Shown here: positions 48,867-58,576 of the stretch, one piece after another
Position numbering within the stretch: position 1 is the stretch's first letter
How the letters are laid out: every line of letters starts with the position of its first letter
Virus record (IMG/VR): IMGVR_UViG_3300005549_000002
Location: 1 to 64,000 of that record
Strand: one strand, 5' to 3'
DNA: 64,000 nt
Source of the DNA: a virus
Notes under the pieces: generated by a model
The model's input: the letters and a program-made list of their open reading frames with translations, nothing else
Told to the model about the DNA's origin: nothing
The model's database searches: none
Made by a program: the position numbers and the translations under genes

Positions 48867-50174
48867 TCACGCAGCGCCCGCGGTACGCTCGGGAACGGCC
48901 TCGGCGACGAGCACCGATCCGTCCTCGATGATGATGGCGCCCTCGTCGCCGTTGCCGACGCGCTCGATCCAGCACTGCGCCCCGGTCTCCTTGGCGAGCT
49001 CGGCGAGGAGAGCGAGGCTCGCGGCGTCGAGCAGCGAGCCCTCGCGGATGAGCATGACCTTGACGCGCGGGTTCAGGGCGGCGCCGATGGCGACCGACAG
49101 GCGCAGGCGCTCGGCCTGGCTCGCCTGCGCGAGCGGCACGCCGCCGAACGTCGGGCCGGCGTCGTCGAAGCCGAGCCCTTCGATGGGAAACTTCACCGCC
49201 GCGAGGCGCTCGGCTTTTTCTGCGTCGAGATCGGCGATGACCTCGGAGAGCTCGTCGCCCTCTTTCGCCTTCGCGGTCGCCTCCTGCTCGAGCCGATCGT
49301 AGTAGAGGTTGGCGCGCACCTTGTGGTTGGTCGCCTCGGCGCTGCTCAAGGCACTTTGCAAGTCGTCGACGGGCGCGGGCTCGGGGGGCAGCGCTTCCTC
49401 GGCGGCGAGGATGGCTTTCACCTGCTGCTCGCGGCGCACCTTGGCCTCGGCGAGATCGCGTTCGAGCTTGGCGATCTGCTCGTCGATAAAACCGAGCTTG
49501 GCGCGGTCCTTGTCGACGAGGGCGAGCAACGTGGTGCGCGAGCCGACGGCGTTGCGGTGGATCTGCAGCTTCTCATTGAGCGCGGCGATGTCGACGAGCT
49601 GCTTCGGGGCGCCGGGGTGGCGCTCGGTGGATTTGAGGACCGCCTCGAGCCGCTTGACCTCTTTGTTCACTTCGGCGCGTTTCTGGTAGGCGACGTCGCG
49701 CGCGCTCGCGAGATCGGACAGATCGAGCCCGACCATCTTTTTCAGGAGCTCGTCCTGTTTCGGCGCCTCCATGCGGGAGAACGCGAGCGGATCGAACGTC
49801 ACCTTGGCGCAGAGACTGTCGAGCAGCTTTTGTGGGCTCGCCTTGGGCACGCCGTCCGCGCCGCGCACGACGAGCTCGGTGCCCTTGGCCGTGAAGGTGC
49901 GTTCGATCTTGAACTCGACTTCGCCCGTCTGGGAATTGCCGAGACCGACATCGACGTCGGCCTTGCGCGTGCCGTGGCGGACGGGTTCGAGCGGGATCGC
50001 CCGAGCGCCCGAGAGCGCCATCTCGATCGAATCGAGGATCGAGCTCTTGCCTTGGCCGTTGCGGCCGCCGATGAGGATGGTGTCGCCCTCCGGCGTGATC
50101 GTGACGGCGCGCAGGCGCTTCACATTGGAGACTTCCAGAGAAAGGATGTGGAGGGGAGTCTTCTCGTTGCTCAT
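48867..50174 (-). CDS. SMC/Rad50-like AAA ATPase
   Basis: Walker A GRNGQGKS, long coiled coil, signature-like ASQAE, IREGSLLD. Confidence 0.8.
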   Translation of the reverse strand: MSNEKTPLHILSLEVSNVKRLRAVTITPEGDTILIGGRNGQGKSSILDSIEMALSGARAIPLEPVRHGTRKADVDVGLGNSQTGEVEFKIERTFTAKGTELVVRGADGVPKASPQKLLDSLCAKVTFDPLAFSRMEAPKQDELLKKMVGLDLSDLASARDVAYQKRAEVNKEVKRLEAVLKSTERHPGAPKQLVDIAALNEKLQIHRNAVGSRTTLLALVDKDRAKLGFIDEQIAKLERDLAEAKVRREQQVKAILAAEEALPPEPAPVDDLQSALSSAEATNHKVRANLYYDRLEQEATAKAKEGDELSEVIADLDAEKAERLAAVKFPIEGLGFDDAGPTFGGVPLAQASQAERLRLSVAIGAALNPRVKVMLIREGSLLDAASLALLAELAKETGAQCWIERVGNGDEGAIIIEDGSVLVAEAVPERTAGAA

Positions 50175-50188
50175 GTCGGGCCTTCCTT

Positions 50189-51268
50189 TCAACCGTCGGC
50201 GCCTGGTTCGGGGGCGCCGTCTTTGCCCGCGGCGGGATCGCCCTGGGGCTGCGCGCTCGTGTCCGCGGGCTTTGCTTCGCCCGCCTTCGCGCTCTTCACC
50301 GCGGCCGCCGTTCTGGTTTTGTGCTTGTCGAGGACCTCTTGCACCTTTTTGGCGGCCGCGTTGTCCTTCTGCTCGCCCTCGGCCGCCGGCGCCTTCGCGT
50401 CGACGATCGCGGCCCAGGTCGTCTCGCCGTCGCGGATGGCCGAGTGGATGCCGCGAAGGTCCGCGAGCTGCGCCGGCTGCAGATCGCCCTCGGTGCCGAG
50501 GTATTCCTTGAGCTGGTCGGGCATCACGCCGAGGAGCGCGAAGGCGTCGAAAATGCGCTTCTTGGCCGCGGCCGGATCCGTGGCATCGGTCTTGCGCTGC
50601 GTCGCGCGGCACGCCGCTTCGCAATCGTCCTGGATGTCGCCGGGCAAGAGGCGCAGGACGCCGTTGCGCAGCGCCTTGGAGATGAAGGCGTTGGTTTTGT
50701 TGAGCACCTCGTCGTCGGTCGCGGGCACGATGAAGACCACGTCGCCGTAGGAGTTCATGCGCTCCGCGAGCGGGCGCTGCCCTTGCTTCAAGAATTTGCG
50801 CTCGACGGTTTTGGTGACGTGCACGTCCTGCTCGATCGTCGAGTTCGCCTCGAGATCCATCACCGTGATGCGCACGATCGCCTTCTCGTCGTCGTCGTAG
50901 ATGCTCGTCGCCGACGAGTAGAAATTGGTGACGTTGCGGATGGCGGCTTCGGCGAACCGGACCGAGAGCCCCTCGACGAAATTCTTCTCATAGACGCCCG
51001 TCTCCGCGTTCTTCTTACTGCCGACGGGCTTTCGGTAGATGGCGGCTTCGGCAAAGCCGGGGCGCGCGCACTCCTTCATGAGTTTGCTCCGCACCACGTC
51101 CCAGTCGCGCGGCTGTTTCATCGCGAGGACGTAGCGGGCCTCGATCGAAGCCTTGGCCGCCGCGGCGATCGCGCTGGAGGCGGTCTCGTGCTGGGCCTGC
51201 ATCTCGCTGCTCGAGAAGCCTTGCCGCACGATGGCGCCGCTATTGTTATTCGGATCTTGCTGGGTCAT
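50189..51268 (-). CDS. Putative recombination/strand-annealing partner protein
   Basis: AAGGAG RBS; between YqaJ and ATPase; PRD, GLSVRFAE, SKALRNGVLRLLP. Confidence 0.55.
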   Translation of the reverse strand: MTQQDPNNNSGAIVRQGFSSSEMQAQHETASSAIAAAAKASIEARYVLAMKQPRDWDVVRSKLMKECARPGFAEAAIYRKPVGSKKNAETGVYEKNFVEGLSVRFAEAAIRNVTNFYSSATSIYDDDEKAIVRITVMDLEANSTIEQDVHVTKTVERKFLKQGQRPLAERMNSYGDVVFIVPATDDEVLNKTNAFISKALRNGVLRLLPGDIQDDCEAACRATQRKTDATDPAAAKKRIFDAFALLGVMPDQLKEYLGTEGDLQPAQLADLRGIHSAIRDGETTWAAIVDAKAPAAEGEQKDNAAAKKVQEVLDKHKTRTAAAVKSAKAGEAKPADTSAQPQGDPAAGKDGAPEPGADG

Positions 51269-52356
51269 CGTTTTGATCTCCTTCGTCCTTGTCCGTAGCG
51301 AATCTTGGGAAGCGTCTCGCGCTCGACGCTCTCGGCGAGCAAATCGACCAGCGTGTTGGTATTGGCGGGCGGTAGCGCGGCCGCTTTCACGAGGCCGCCG
51401 GGGTGCCCCTTCAGCGGCATGAGCTTGCGCGCCTCGCGCGCCTCGACTTCGTAGGCTTCGCGGGCCTCGGTCGCCCAGCGCCAGATGCTTTTCCCGCCGA
51501 CGGGCTCGGGCAGCACGCCGTAGCTGGCGGATCCCATGGCGTGCATGATGAGCTGTTTGAAATGCTGCTGGCGGCGCTTGAGCTCGGCGCGCTGCGTCGA
51601 TGCGTCCTGGTACGCGCGCGTCCACTCGAGCGCCTCGGCCGGCAGCGCGACCGTTGTGCCGTTCTCGCGGGGGTAGAGGCGCTCGAGCGCTCTCGTGGCG
51701 CCGGGCTTGCCATCGAGCGGCGGCCGCGGCGGCGTGAGCGTGCGAACCATTTCCATGAACCGCTCCGACTCCTCGACGATGGCGGCGTGAAACTCGGCGT
51801 TCGCCTCGATGTTGATGCGCACGGGGCGCTGGCCGCCGATGAGGCAGAAAATGATGGCGCGCTCGGCGCCCGTCACCAGCATTTGGTGCTGGGCCTGCAG
51901 GATCACGTGCGTCGGGCAGAGGCTCGTGTCCTCGTTCCAGTCCTTGGCGCGCCACGCGCTCGTCGTCTTTCCCTCGTAGATATGCCAGCCGCCCCGGCCG
52001 CCGACGTCGACGGCGCCGTCGAGCGTCGCGCCGAGGTGCGGGTGCTTACGCGATCGGAGCAGCTCCCCGCCGGGCGCATGCTTCCACCCGTAGTAGCGGG
52101 CCGCCGATTCGAGGATCGCGCTCTCGAGCGCGCTGCCCCAGAACATCGGGCTATTGATGTTGACGATCTCCTCCGCGGGGCGTTCGGTCACCATCTCGAC
52201 GTAGAGATCGAGGGCGGAGGCGAACGGGTGCTCGCCGAAAAGGGCGGCGGTCTTGCTCGCCGTCACCATGGTGCGGCGCATCGCGAGCCACTTCGCACGC
52301 TCGGCCACGGTGACGCCGGTGAACTCGGCGGCGGGGAAAAGATCGGCGGTGCTCAT
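51265..52356 (-). CDS. YqaJ-like viral recombinase/exonuclease
   Basis: WLAMRR..VTAS, WGSALE, ATLDG, YEGKT, QAQHQMLVTG. Confidence 0.85.
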   Translation of the reverse strand: MSTADLFPAAEFTGVTVAERAKWLAMRRTMVTASKTAALFGEHPFASALDLYVEMVTERPAEEIVNINSPMFWGSALESAILESAARYYGWKHAPGGELLRSRKHPHLGATLDGAVDVGGRGGWHIYEGKTTSAWRAKDWNEDTSLCPTHVILQAQHQMLVTGAERAIIFCLIGGQRPVRINIEANAEFHAAIVEESERFMEMVRTLTPPRPPLDGKPGATRALERLYPRENGTTVALPAEALEWTRAYQDASTQRAELKRRQQHFKQLIMHAMGSASYGVLPEPVGGKSIWRWATEAREAYEVEAREARKLMPLKGHPGGLVKAAALPPANTNTLVDLLAESVERETLPKIRYGQGRRRSKR

Positions 52357-52567
52357 TTGTCGGGCAGCCCCTTTCCCATGCGGAGCCGCTCGGCAGCGCG
52401 GATATCCGAGACGATGGTGGTGACTTGTTCGAGGACGAGCTCGCGCGGGCCGCCGCGACCGAGCATCACTTCGATGGTGCCGAGGACGGCCCGCGCGAGC
52501 GCCTCGTCGGAGAGGGTGGCGATGATCTTCACCATGGGAAAGCGCGGATCGAGGTAGGTCCGCTCGG

Positions 52568-52879
52568 TCACGGCGCCACCTTGGCGGGGCAGACGTGCGC
52601 CCGGAAACGTGACCAGCCGGCGTGGAGCGCTTCGTCGTAGGGCGCGGCCATTTGCCCGCCGAATGCATTCTCGACGACGACATAGGCGCCGTCGTTGACG
52701 GGTTCCGCGTTCAGGATGAGCTCGTCGCCGAAGGCGTCGCTCGTGTAGACGGTCCGCTGGCGGCATGCGCAGGGGAGCAGGCGCGCGACGACGCGGCAGA
52801 CGCGCTTGCCCGGGTGAGCTTGCGCGGGGGGGAAGTAGGGCGTGCCGCGCTCGGGCTTGCCGAAGGGGACGCGGCTCAC
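52568..52879 (-). CDS. Hypothetical protein
   Basis: GTGA overlaps; LNAEPVNDG..., FRAHVCP; resembles 59980-60219. Confidence 0.45.
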   Translation of the reverse strand: MSRVPFGKPERGTPYFPPAQAHPGKRVCRVVARLLPCACRQRTVYTSDAFGDELILNAEPVNDGAYVVVENAFGGQMAAPYDEALHAGWSRFRAHVCPAKVAP

Positions 52880-53364
52880 GACGCTAACGCCTTTCGCGCG
52901 GCGGCCATGAGCCGCAGGAAGTTCTTCGGGCGCTCGATGACGCGCCGATCGTTCGGATCGACCAGGTGGCCGACGTGACGGCGCAGCGCCTTCAGGGTAT
53001 CGCCGCCGACCATCGTGCGATGAATCCGAAACTCCCGCGCCGCCAGGGCGGTGGCGAGCGTGTTGGACGCGCAGATCTCCTCGGGCTCGTGCCCGTCCCA
53101 CCAGTAGAAGTGCAGCTGGAAGAGGCTCAAGGCGAGGGGGTTGCCGTTCTTGTCGGCGTCGCATTCCCAGCGCTTGCAATTGCAGCGCTCGATGTCCTCG
53201 CGAAAGTCGGCTTCGGCTTTGGCGGTGACAACGAGCATGAGGCCGAGCTCGAGATCATCGCCGACCGCCAAGGCGATATCGCTCGCGTACCTAGTCGCCG
53301 TCTCGGGGGGCAAGGACGGCGCGAGCGACAGGATCGCGCTTGTGAAGAGGGCGGAGAGCGTCAT
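52876..53364 (-). CDS. Possible lysozyme/SLT-fold exported protein
   Basis: Hydrophobic N-terminus; AKAEADF and SLFQL resemble transglycosylase motifs I and II. Confidence 0.4.
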   Translation of the reverse strand: MTLSALFTSAILSLAPSLPPETATRYASDIALAVGDDLELGLMLVVTAKAEADFREDIERCNCKRWECDADKNGNPLALSLFQLHFYWWDGHEPEEICASNTLATALAAREFRIHRTMVGGDTLKALRRHVGHLVDPNDRRVIERPKNFLRLMAAARKALAS

Positions 53365-53410
53365 AGGCCACCGCCCCAACGGCAAGCGTAGTTCGGGTCC
53401 ATGGATCTAC

Positions 53411-53489
53411 CACGACCGTAGTACGTACTACGAACGTGGTCAAGCGCCGGGCGCAAGTATTTTGCGCGAAGGAAACTAGTACGAACGTA
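53411..53489 (-). promoter_or_regulatory. Leftward early promoter with three operator-like sites
   Basis: Minus strand TTGACC-17 nt-TACGGT; motif YACGNNYGTAVTA at 53411, 53426 and 53477. Confidence 0.7.
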
Positions 53490-53503
53490 CGCCCGGCGAC
53501 CGT

Positions 53504-53947
53504 TTAGGTCCGAATCGCGCGCAGCTGGGTTCCGGAGTGGCCGTGCATCATGAAGATCGACTGCACCATGGAAAGCGGCGCGTGCGGCTGCAGCTCGGCG
53601 AGCTCGCAAAATGTCGCGCTGCGTGCCGCCGTCTCCGGCAGGATCAGTTCACACATGAGCGGGTACGGCGGGAAATCCGGCCAGAGGTGCTTGACGATGA
53701 AGCGGTACATCGCGAGGCCGCGCTGCACGAGCGTCGCGTCCTGCGGATAGTAGAGAAAGCCATCTTGTACGAACGCGACCTCGGTTCGGTTCGGGCACGG
53801 CGAGAGGCCGAACGTGTCCGCCAGATCGCGCGGATCGCAGCAGTGCGGCTCGCCGGCGATGTTGTACGCGGTCTCGACGAGGAGCCGCACGTCCTTGCGC
53901 GCAAGTGCGCCGCGTAGCGCGTGATGCAACGTAAGCGGTCGTGTCAT
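53504..53947 (-). CDS. Degenerate ImmA/IrrE-like protein lacking HEXXH
   Basis: Downstream of the repressor; DPRDLADTFGL...LYY...QRGL...CELILP follows the DUF955 layout. Confidence 0.45.
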   Translation of the reverse strand: MTRPLTLHHALRGALARKDVRLLVETAYNIAGEPHCCDPRDLADTFGLSPCPNRTEVAFVQDGFLYYPQDATLVQRGLAMYRFIVKHLWPDFPPYPLMCELILPETAARSATFCELAELQPHAPLSMVQSIFMMHGHSGTQLRAIRT

Positions 53948-54085
53948 CCGACGAAGTGCCCCCTCGGCCGGATTAACATCGCGCTGATCAAGTATCCGTG
54001 TCTACGCCGAATCGACCGGACCAAAACTTTTTTTTCGGCACCGGGGCAAACGTGCCCTGTGGATAAATCGTGCTTACGGGAGCAC

Positions 54086-54646
54086 TTATCCCTTGGGTGG
54101 CGAGGAGCGCCGCGGGGTCGGCTGCTCGGCGTGCCCGATCGGGGCGAAATACGTTTTGCGAAACCAGCGTGCTTTCTTGTCGAGGCGCTGCCGCTCGTTC
54201 AGATCGGCGCACGTCTTCTTGAAGCGCTCGGCTTGGTTGAGCAGCCAGTAGGCGGTGAGCTCGTCCGTGGCGGTTTTGCGCGGGAGCTCGCCAACGCCGA
54301 CGATCGCCCAGTCGAGCGTCGGGTCGAGCTGCATCGCGTGCGTAGCGATCTCGACCCATGGGCTCGTGGTGTCGTTGGCGATCTCGAGTGAGAGGGAAGG
54401 CGGTGGTTGTCTTGGCACGTCGGGCTCCTCGGGGGCGCCGACGCCGCTGACGATCCAGCTGCGCGACACCTTGGTAATGAAGGAAAGTTTCTCGGCCGCC
54501 TCGGCGCCGATATTTTTGCGCGCGGGATCGGCAAGGATGCGGCGCAGGAACGAGCGGCTGAGGCCGGCGCGGACCGACAGTTTTTCCGGGGAAAGCTGGG
54601 TCAGGTCGCAGAGGTACTGCAACCGCTGTTGGATCGTCGTCGCCAT
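54086..54646 (-). CDS. CI-like XRE repressor
   Basis: IQQRL...LSPEKLSVRAGLSRSFL...SWIVSGVG; divergent from a second HTH gene. Confidence 0.75.
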   Translation of the reverse strand: MATTIQQRLQYLCDLTQLSPEKLSVRAGLSRSFLRRILADPARKNIGAEAAEKLSFITKVSRSWIVSGVGAPEEPDVPRQPPPSLSLEIANDTTSPWVEIATHAMQLDPTLDWAIVGVGELPRKTATDELTAYWLLNQAERFKKTCADLNERQRLDKKARWFRKTYFAPIGHAEQPTPRRSSPPKG

Positions 54647-54672
54647 GCACCTACATCATGCCCAAATACAAC

Positions 54673-54732
54673 CACGCGCGTAATACAATTTTGCTTGACC
54701 ACGTTTGTAGTAGTAATTATACGTTCGTACTA
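54673..54732 (+). promoter_or_regulatory. Rightward promoter with three operator-like sites
   Basis: AT-rich; TTGACC(54695)-17 nt-TATACG; motif copies at 54673, 54700 and 54720. Confidence 0.7.
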
Positions 54733-54748
54733 CATGGGACGGGGCAAA

Positions 54749-55003
54749 ATGGACGACATCGCGGCGCGACTGACGTGGGCTCGCACGGCTTCGGGAATGA
54801 CGGCCTATGCGCTCAGCATCCGCGCGGGCCTCTCGAAAACCCATTGCTCGATGATCGAAAATCGCGAGCGCAGAAAGATCGAAGTGGAAACCGCTCAGAA
54901 AATCTCGGCGGTGCTTGGCATACCCTGGCCCTGGCTTTTGTCGGGCGAGGGCAACGCGCCGACGGAAGCGCAGATCAAAAAGGCAGTGGCGGGAGCAGCG
55001 TAG
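54749..55003 (+). CDS. Cro-like XRE HTH protein
   Basis: IAARLTWAR...ALSIRAGLSKTHCSMIEN...WLLSGEG. Confidence 0.8.
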   Translation: MDDIAARLTWARTASGMTAYALSIRAGLSKTHCSMIENRERRKIEVETAQKISAVLGIPWPWLLSGEGNAPTEAQIKKAVAGAA

Positions 55004-55176
55004 GCCATGGCCGCGCGCTCGGCGTTGCAAGTGGGTACGCGGCCGCTTGCGAGCTTTCCATTCGCGGCGCCCTATCACCACACCGTCCACCTTGGCGCCG
55101 CGCAAGGTGAAGGGCAAGGGCTGAAATGCACTGAACAGCACACGCAATTCGAAGAACGGGAGCGGGGGGCTCACTG

Positions 55177-55677
55177 ATGGCGCGGCAGCTCAAGGTCTAT
55201 ACGACGCACAAGGACCTGCGCAACCGCCGCACGCGCGAGGTGCGCGCCAAGACCGAATCGATGCTGCGCCTCTCGCGCCGCGAGCTCGAGCGCGGGCGCC
55301 TTCTTTTCCCGAGGAGCGAAGACGGCCCTCGTCCGCGCGTGCGCGGCGATTGCATTGCGGGACCGCGCCCATGCCCCTACGTCGCGTGCCGGTACCACCT
55401 CTACCTCGACGTCAAAAAAAACGGCGCCGCCATCAAGTACAACTTCCCCGATCTCGAAGTGGGCGAGCTTTCGGATTCCTGCGCGCTCGACGTTGCCGAT
55501 AACGGCGGCAACACGCTCGAGGTGGTCGCCAAGCTCATGAACCTCGTGCGCGAGGCCGAGAGCCGAGCCAAGCGCGTCGTCGCCGATCACCTCCTCGACA
55601 AGGTGCGAGCCCGCAAACGGGAAGCGGACTCACGCGTGTGCGCGCGCGCGCGAGGGGGGGAGGGGGGCCGCCCATGA
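55177..55677 (+). CDS. Cys-rich DNA-binding protein with sigma-region-4-like HTH
   Basis: RGDCIAGPRPCPYVACRYHLYLDV, SCALDVA, TLEVVAKLMNL; family I associate with myxobacteria and their phages. Confidence 0.6.
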   Translation: MARQLKVYTTHKDLRNRRTREVRAKTESMLRLSRRELERGRLLFPRSEDGPRPRVRGDCIAGPRPCPYVACRYHLYLDVKKNGAAIKYNFPDLEVGELSDSCALDVADNGGNTLEVVAKLMNLVREAESRAKRVVADHLLDKVRARKREADSRVCARARGGEGGRP

Positions 55678-56642
55678 CCGAGGAGTGGGTGCCGTTCCAG
55701 AAACGCCTCGCGAAGGGGGCGAAGCGTTCGCTGCCGCGGGGGGTGCGCTTCGTGCTGCTCGAGCTCGCTCTTGAGGCGCGGCAGCGCGCCGGGACCATCG
55801 AGCTACCCCTCGGGTGGACGACCGAGAAGGCCGTCCACGATCTCCTCGGCGGCAACAAAAAAGAGATCAACCAGGCGCTCCGAGAGTTCACAAAACCGGA
55901 CGCAAGTGGAGTCCAAGTCGTTCAAATTGAACGAGATGACACCAAGCACAGACTAACTTTTTGCAAGTGGTCGCAATTTTCCGGGCCCAAGTCGAGCACG
56001 TCTCGCGTGCAACTTTTCCGCGAGCGGAGGAAAAACGCCGACTTAGCTGGCGATGAAACGCAGGGCGACGTTTCCGAACGAAACGGCGAAACGCTCTACA
56101 GTACAGAACAGAATAGAACAGTAGAGAACAAACCCCCCCTACCCCCCGAGGGGGAAGAAGAGGGCGACCCTAGTTCACCGCCCGAGCCGGTCGTGCACGA
56201 CGGCGGTCGCAAGACGACCTACGACCAAGCGTGGCGCCTCTGGCGGGAATTGTACGAGGCGAGCCGACGCCGGTACGGCAAGTACGTCGAGGTGTTCGTG
56301 CAGGACGACCGCGTCGTGCAGCGGCTCGCGCACCGCGCCGAGGAGCTCGCCGAGGGCAACGCGGCGCGCACGGCGGCGCTCCTGCGCCATTGGTTCGTGA
56401 GCTTCCTGCGCGACGACGGCGACATGAGCTGTCACGTCAACGCGCGGCACCCCCTTCGCCTGCTCGAGCGACGACTGCCGACGTACGGCGATCTGCCGAG
56501 GCCCGCATCGGTGACGCGCATCAAGGCGCCGCGCCCCGCCGAGCCGCCGCCGCTGTCGCAAGAAGAACATCTCGCCGCCGTCGAGCGCGCGCGCGCCATC
56601 GCACGGGGCATCGGCGATCCGAAGAAAGGATCGACCGCATGA
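55674..56642 (+). CDS. Putative replication initiator
   Basis: Upstream of DnaB; KSSTSRVQLFRER and TEQNRTVENKPPLPP linker typical of phage initiators. Confidence 0.6.
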   Translation: MTEEWVPFQKRLAKGAKRSLPRGVRFVLLELALEARQRAGTIELPLGWTTEKAVHDLLGGNKKEINQALREFTKPDASGVQVVQIERDDTKHRLTFCKWSQFSGPKSSTSRVQLFRERRKNADLAGDETQGDVSERNGETLYSTEQNRTVENKPPLPPEGEEEGDPSSPPEPVVHDGGRKTTYDQAWRLWRELYEASRRRYGKYVEVFVQDDRVVQRLAHRAEELAEGNAARTAALLRHWFVSFLRDDGDMSCHVNARHPLRLLERRLPTYGDLPRPASVTRIKAPRPAEPPPLSQEEHLAAVERARAIARGIGDPKKGSTA

Positions 56643-58072
56643 CGGCAGCGCGCGATCGCTACGCCGAGGACCGCCAGGCGCCCGTCGCTGGGCGTATTCC
56701 CCAGCACGATCTCGACGCCGAGGCGGCGGTGCTGTCGGCCATGCTGCTCGAGCAAGAGGCTGCCGATCTCGTCATTCCCATCTTGCGCGCCGAGCACTTT
56801 TACTCCGAAGCGAATCGCCGCATCTACGAAGCCGCGCTCGAGCTCGTGCACGAGGGCAAGCCCATCGACGTCGTGACCGTCGCGGGGCGCCTTCGCGACA
56901 AGGACAGGCTCGCGCAGGTCGGCGGCAGTGCGTACTTGGCAGGGCTCGTCGACGCCGTCCCGTCCGTCGCGCACATCGAAACGTACGCCGCGACGATTGT
57001 CGACAAGGCGCGCCTGCGCGCGCTCTGCACGCTTTGCCAGACCGTCGCCGCGGAAGCTTACGGGCACCGAGGACCTGCAGCGGAGCTCATTGAGACCGCC
57101 GAGCGCGGCATCTTCGATCTGTCGAGCCAAGACACGAGCCACGACTTCGTCGACATCGGCGAGCCGGTCGGCGCTGCGTTCGACCACCTGATGGATCTCG
57201 CCCGCCGAGGCGAGCGCATGGTCGGCCAGTCGACCGGGTTTTTCCGCCTCGATTCGAAGACGGCGGGCCTGCACGACGGCGATCTCACCATCGTCGCCGC
57301 GCGCCCTGGCATGGGCAAAACGTCGCTCGTGCTCGACATCGCGCAGCACGTCGCGGGGCTCGACGTCGACCCGCTGCGCGGCGTTGCCATCTTCTCGCTC
57401 GAGATGCCGAAGGAGCAGCTCGCCATGCGGATGATGTGCTCGCGCGCGAGCGTCTCGGTGAACCGTCTTCGCCACGGGCACATCTCGGGCGACGAGTGGG
57501 ACCGCCTCGCGCTCGCAGCGAACGAGCTTCGCCAGATGCCGATCTTCATCCTCGACAAGCCGGGGCTCACGCTCATCCAATTGCGCAGCGGCCTACGGAA
57601 ACTCATCCGAGAAAAGAAACGCGCGGGCACGCTGATCCGCGTCGTCGCCGTCGACTACCTGCAGCTCATGCACGGCGCCGGAAAATCGCGCGAAGAAGTC
57701 ATCGCTGGGCTGTCGGCGGGGCTGAAAGAGATTGCCAAGGAATTCGAGCTGCCCGTCGTCGCGCTCGCGCAGCTCAACCGCGCCCCCGAAACGCGCGGCG
57801 GCAAGGACAAGCGCCCGCAGCTTTCGGATTTGCGCGAGTCGGGCGCCGTCGAGCAGGACGCGGACAACGTCATCTTCGTTTACCGCGAGGACTACTACGA
57901 CAAGCGCACCGAGAAAAAAGATCTCGCCGAGCTCATCGTGGCCAAACAGCGCAATGGCCCGACGGGCAGAACGCTCTGCCGCTTTCGCGGCCCCTTCACG
58001 CGATTCGAAAACCTCGCGAGCGGCGAGGAGCCCGACGACTCCGACGAACCCGACGACGACAGCGCAGCATAA
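56639..58072 (+). CDS. dnaB: Replicative DNA helicase
   Basis: AEAAVL, AARPGMGKT, FSLEM, VDYLQLM, QLNR, SDLRESGAVEQDAD, KQRNGPTG. Confidence 0.95.
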   Translation: MTAARDRYAEDRQAPVAGRIPQHDLDAEAAVLSAMLLEQEAADLVIPILRAEHFYSEANRRIYEAALELVHEGKPIDVVTVAGRLRDKDRLAQVGGSAYLAGLVDAVPSVAHIETYAATIVDKARLRALCTLCQTVAAEAYGHRGPAAELIETAERGIFDLSSQDTSHDFVDIGEPVGAAFDHLMDLARRGERMVGQSTGFFRLDSKTAGLHDGDLTIVAARPGMGKTSLVLDIAQHVAGLDVDPLRGVAIFSLEMPKEQLAMRMMCSRASVSVNRLRHGHISGDEWDRLALAANELRQMPIFILDKPGLTLIQLRSGLRKLIREKKRAGTLIRVVAVDYLQLMHGAGKSREEVIAGLSAGLKEIAKEFELPVVALAQLNRAPETRGGKDKRPQLSDLRESGAVEQDADNVIFVYREDYYDKRTEKKDLAELIVAKQRNGPTGRTLCRFRGPFTRFENLASGEEPDDSDEPDDDSAA

Positions 58073-58090
58073 CCCAAGGAGAGCCCCAAA

Positions 58091-58576
58091 ATGAAACCGA
58101 TCCTTCATCGTGTTGGCGAGAAACTCACCGCAGGCGAGCGCGACAAACTGCTTATCGAACTCGCCGAGGCGCGGCTCGAGTGGACGCGCATCAAGGACGA
58201 GAAACGCGAAGAAGACCGCACCTACAACGAGCAGATGAACCTGCTCGACGACAAGATCCAGCTGCTCGCCGAGTCCGCGCGCGACAATAAGAAATACGAG
58301 GACGTCGAGGTGCGGCTCGAGCCCGACGACGTGGCGGAAGAGATCACGATCTACCGCCTCGACAACGACGAGAAGATCCTGACGCGCCCGATGGACCCGG
58401 ACGAGTGCGACGAGGCGGCGAAGCGGCGCAAGAACCCGACGCTGCCGTTCGTCGGCGCCGCCAAGCGAAAAACCATCTACGACGAGCCGCCCGATCGCCT
58501 GAAACACAACGGGCAGGAGCTGCAGAAGGTCAAGCGCGCGAAGGGGAGGGGCAAGGGCAAGGAGGTGCGGCCGTGA
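58091..58576 (+). CDS. Hypothetical protein
   Basis: AAGGAG RBS; charged coiled coil; YRLDNDEKILTRPM. Confidence 0.65.
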   Translation: MKPILHRVGEKLTAGERDKLLIELAEARLEWTRIKDEKREEDRTYNEQMNLLDDKIQLLAESARDNKKYEDVEVRLEPDDVAEEITIYRLDNDEKILTRPMDPDECDEAAKRRKNPTLPFVGAAKRKTIYDEPPDRLKHNGQELQKVKRAKGRGKGKEVRP

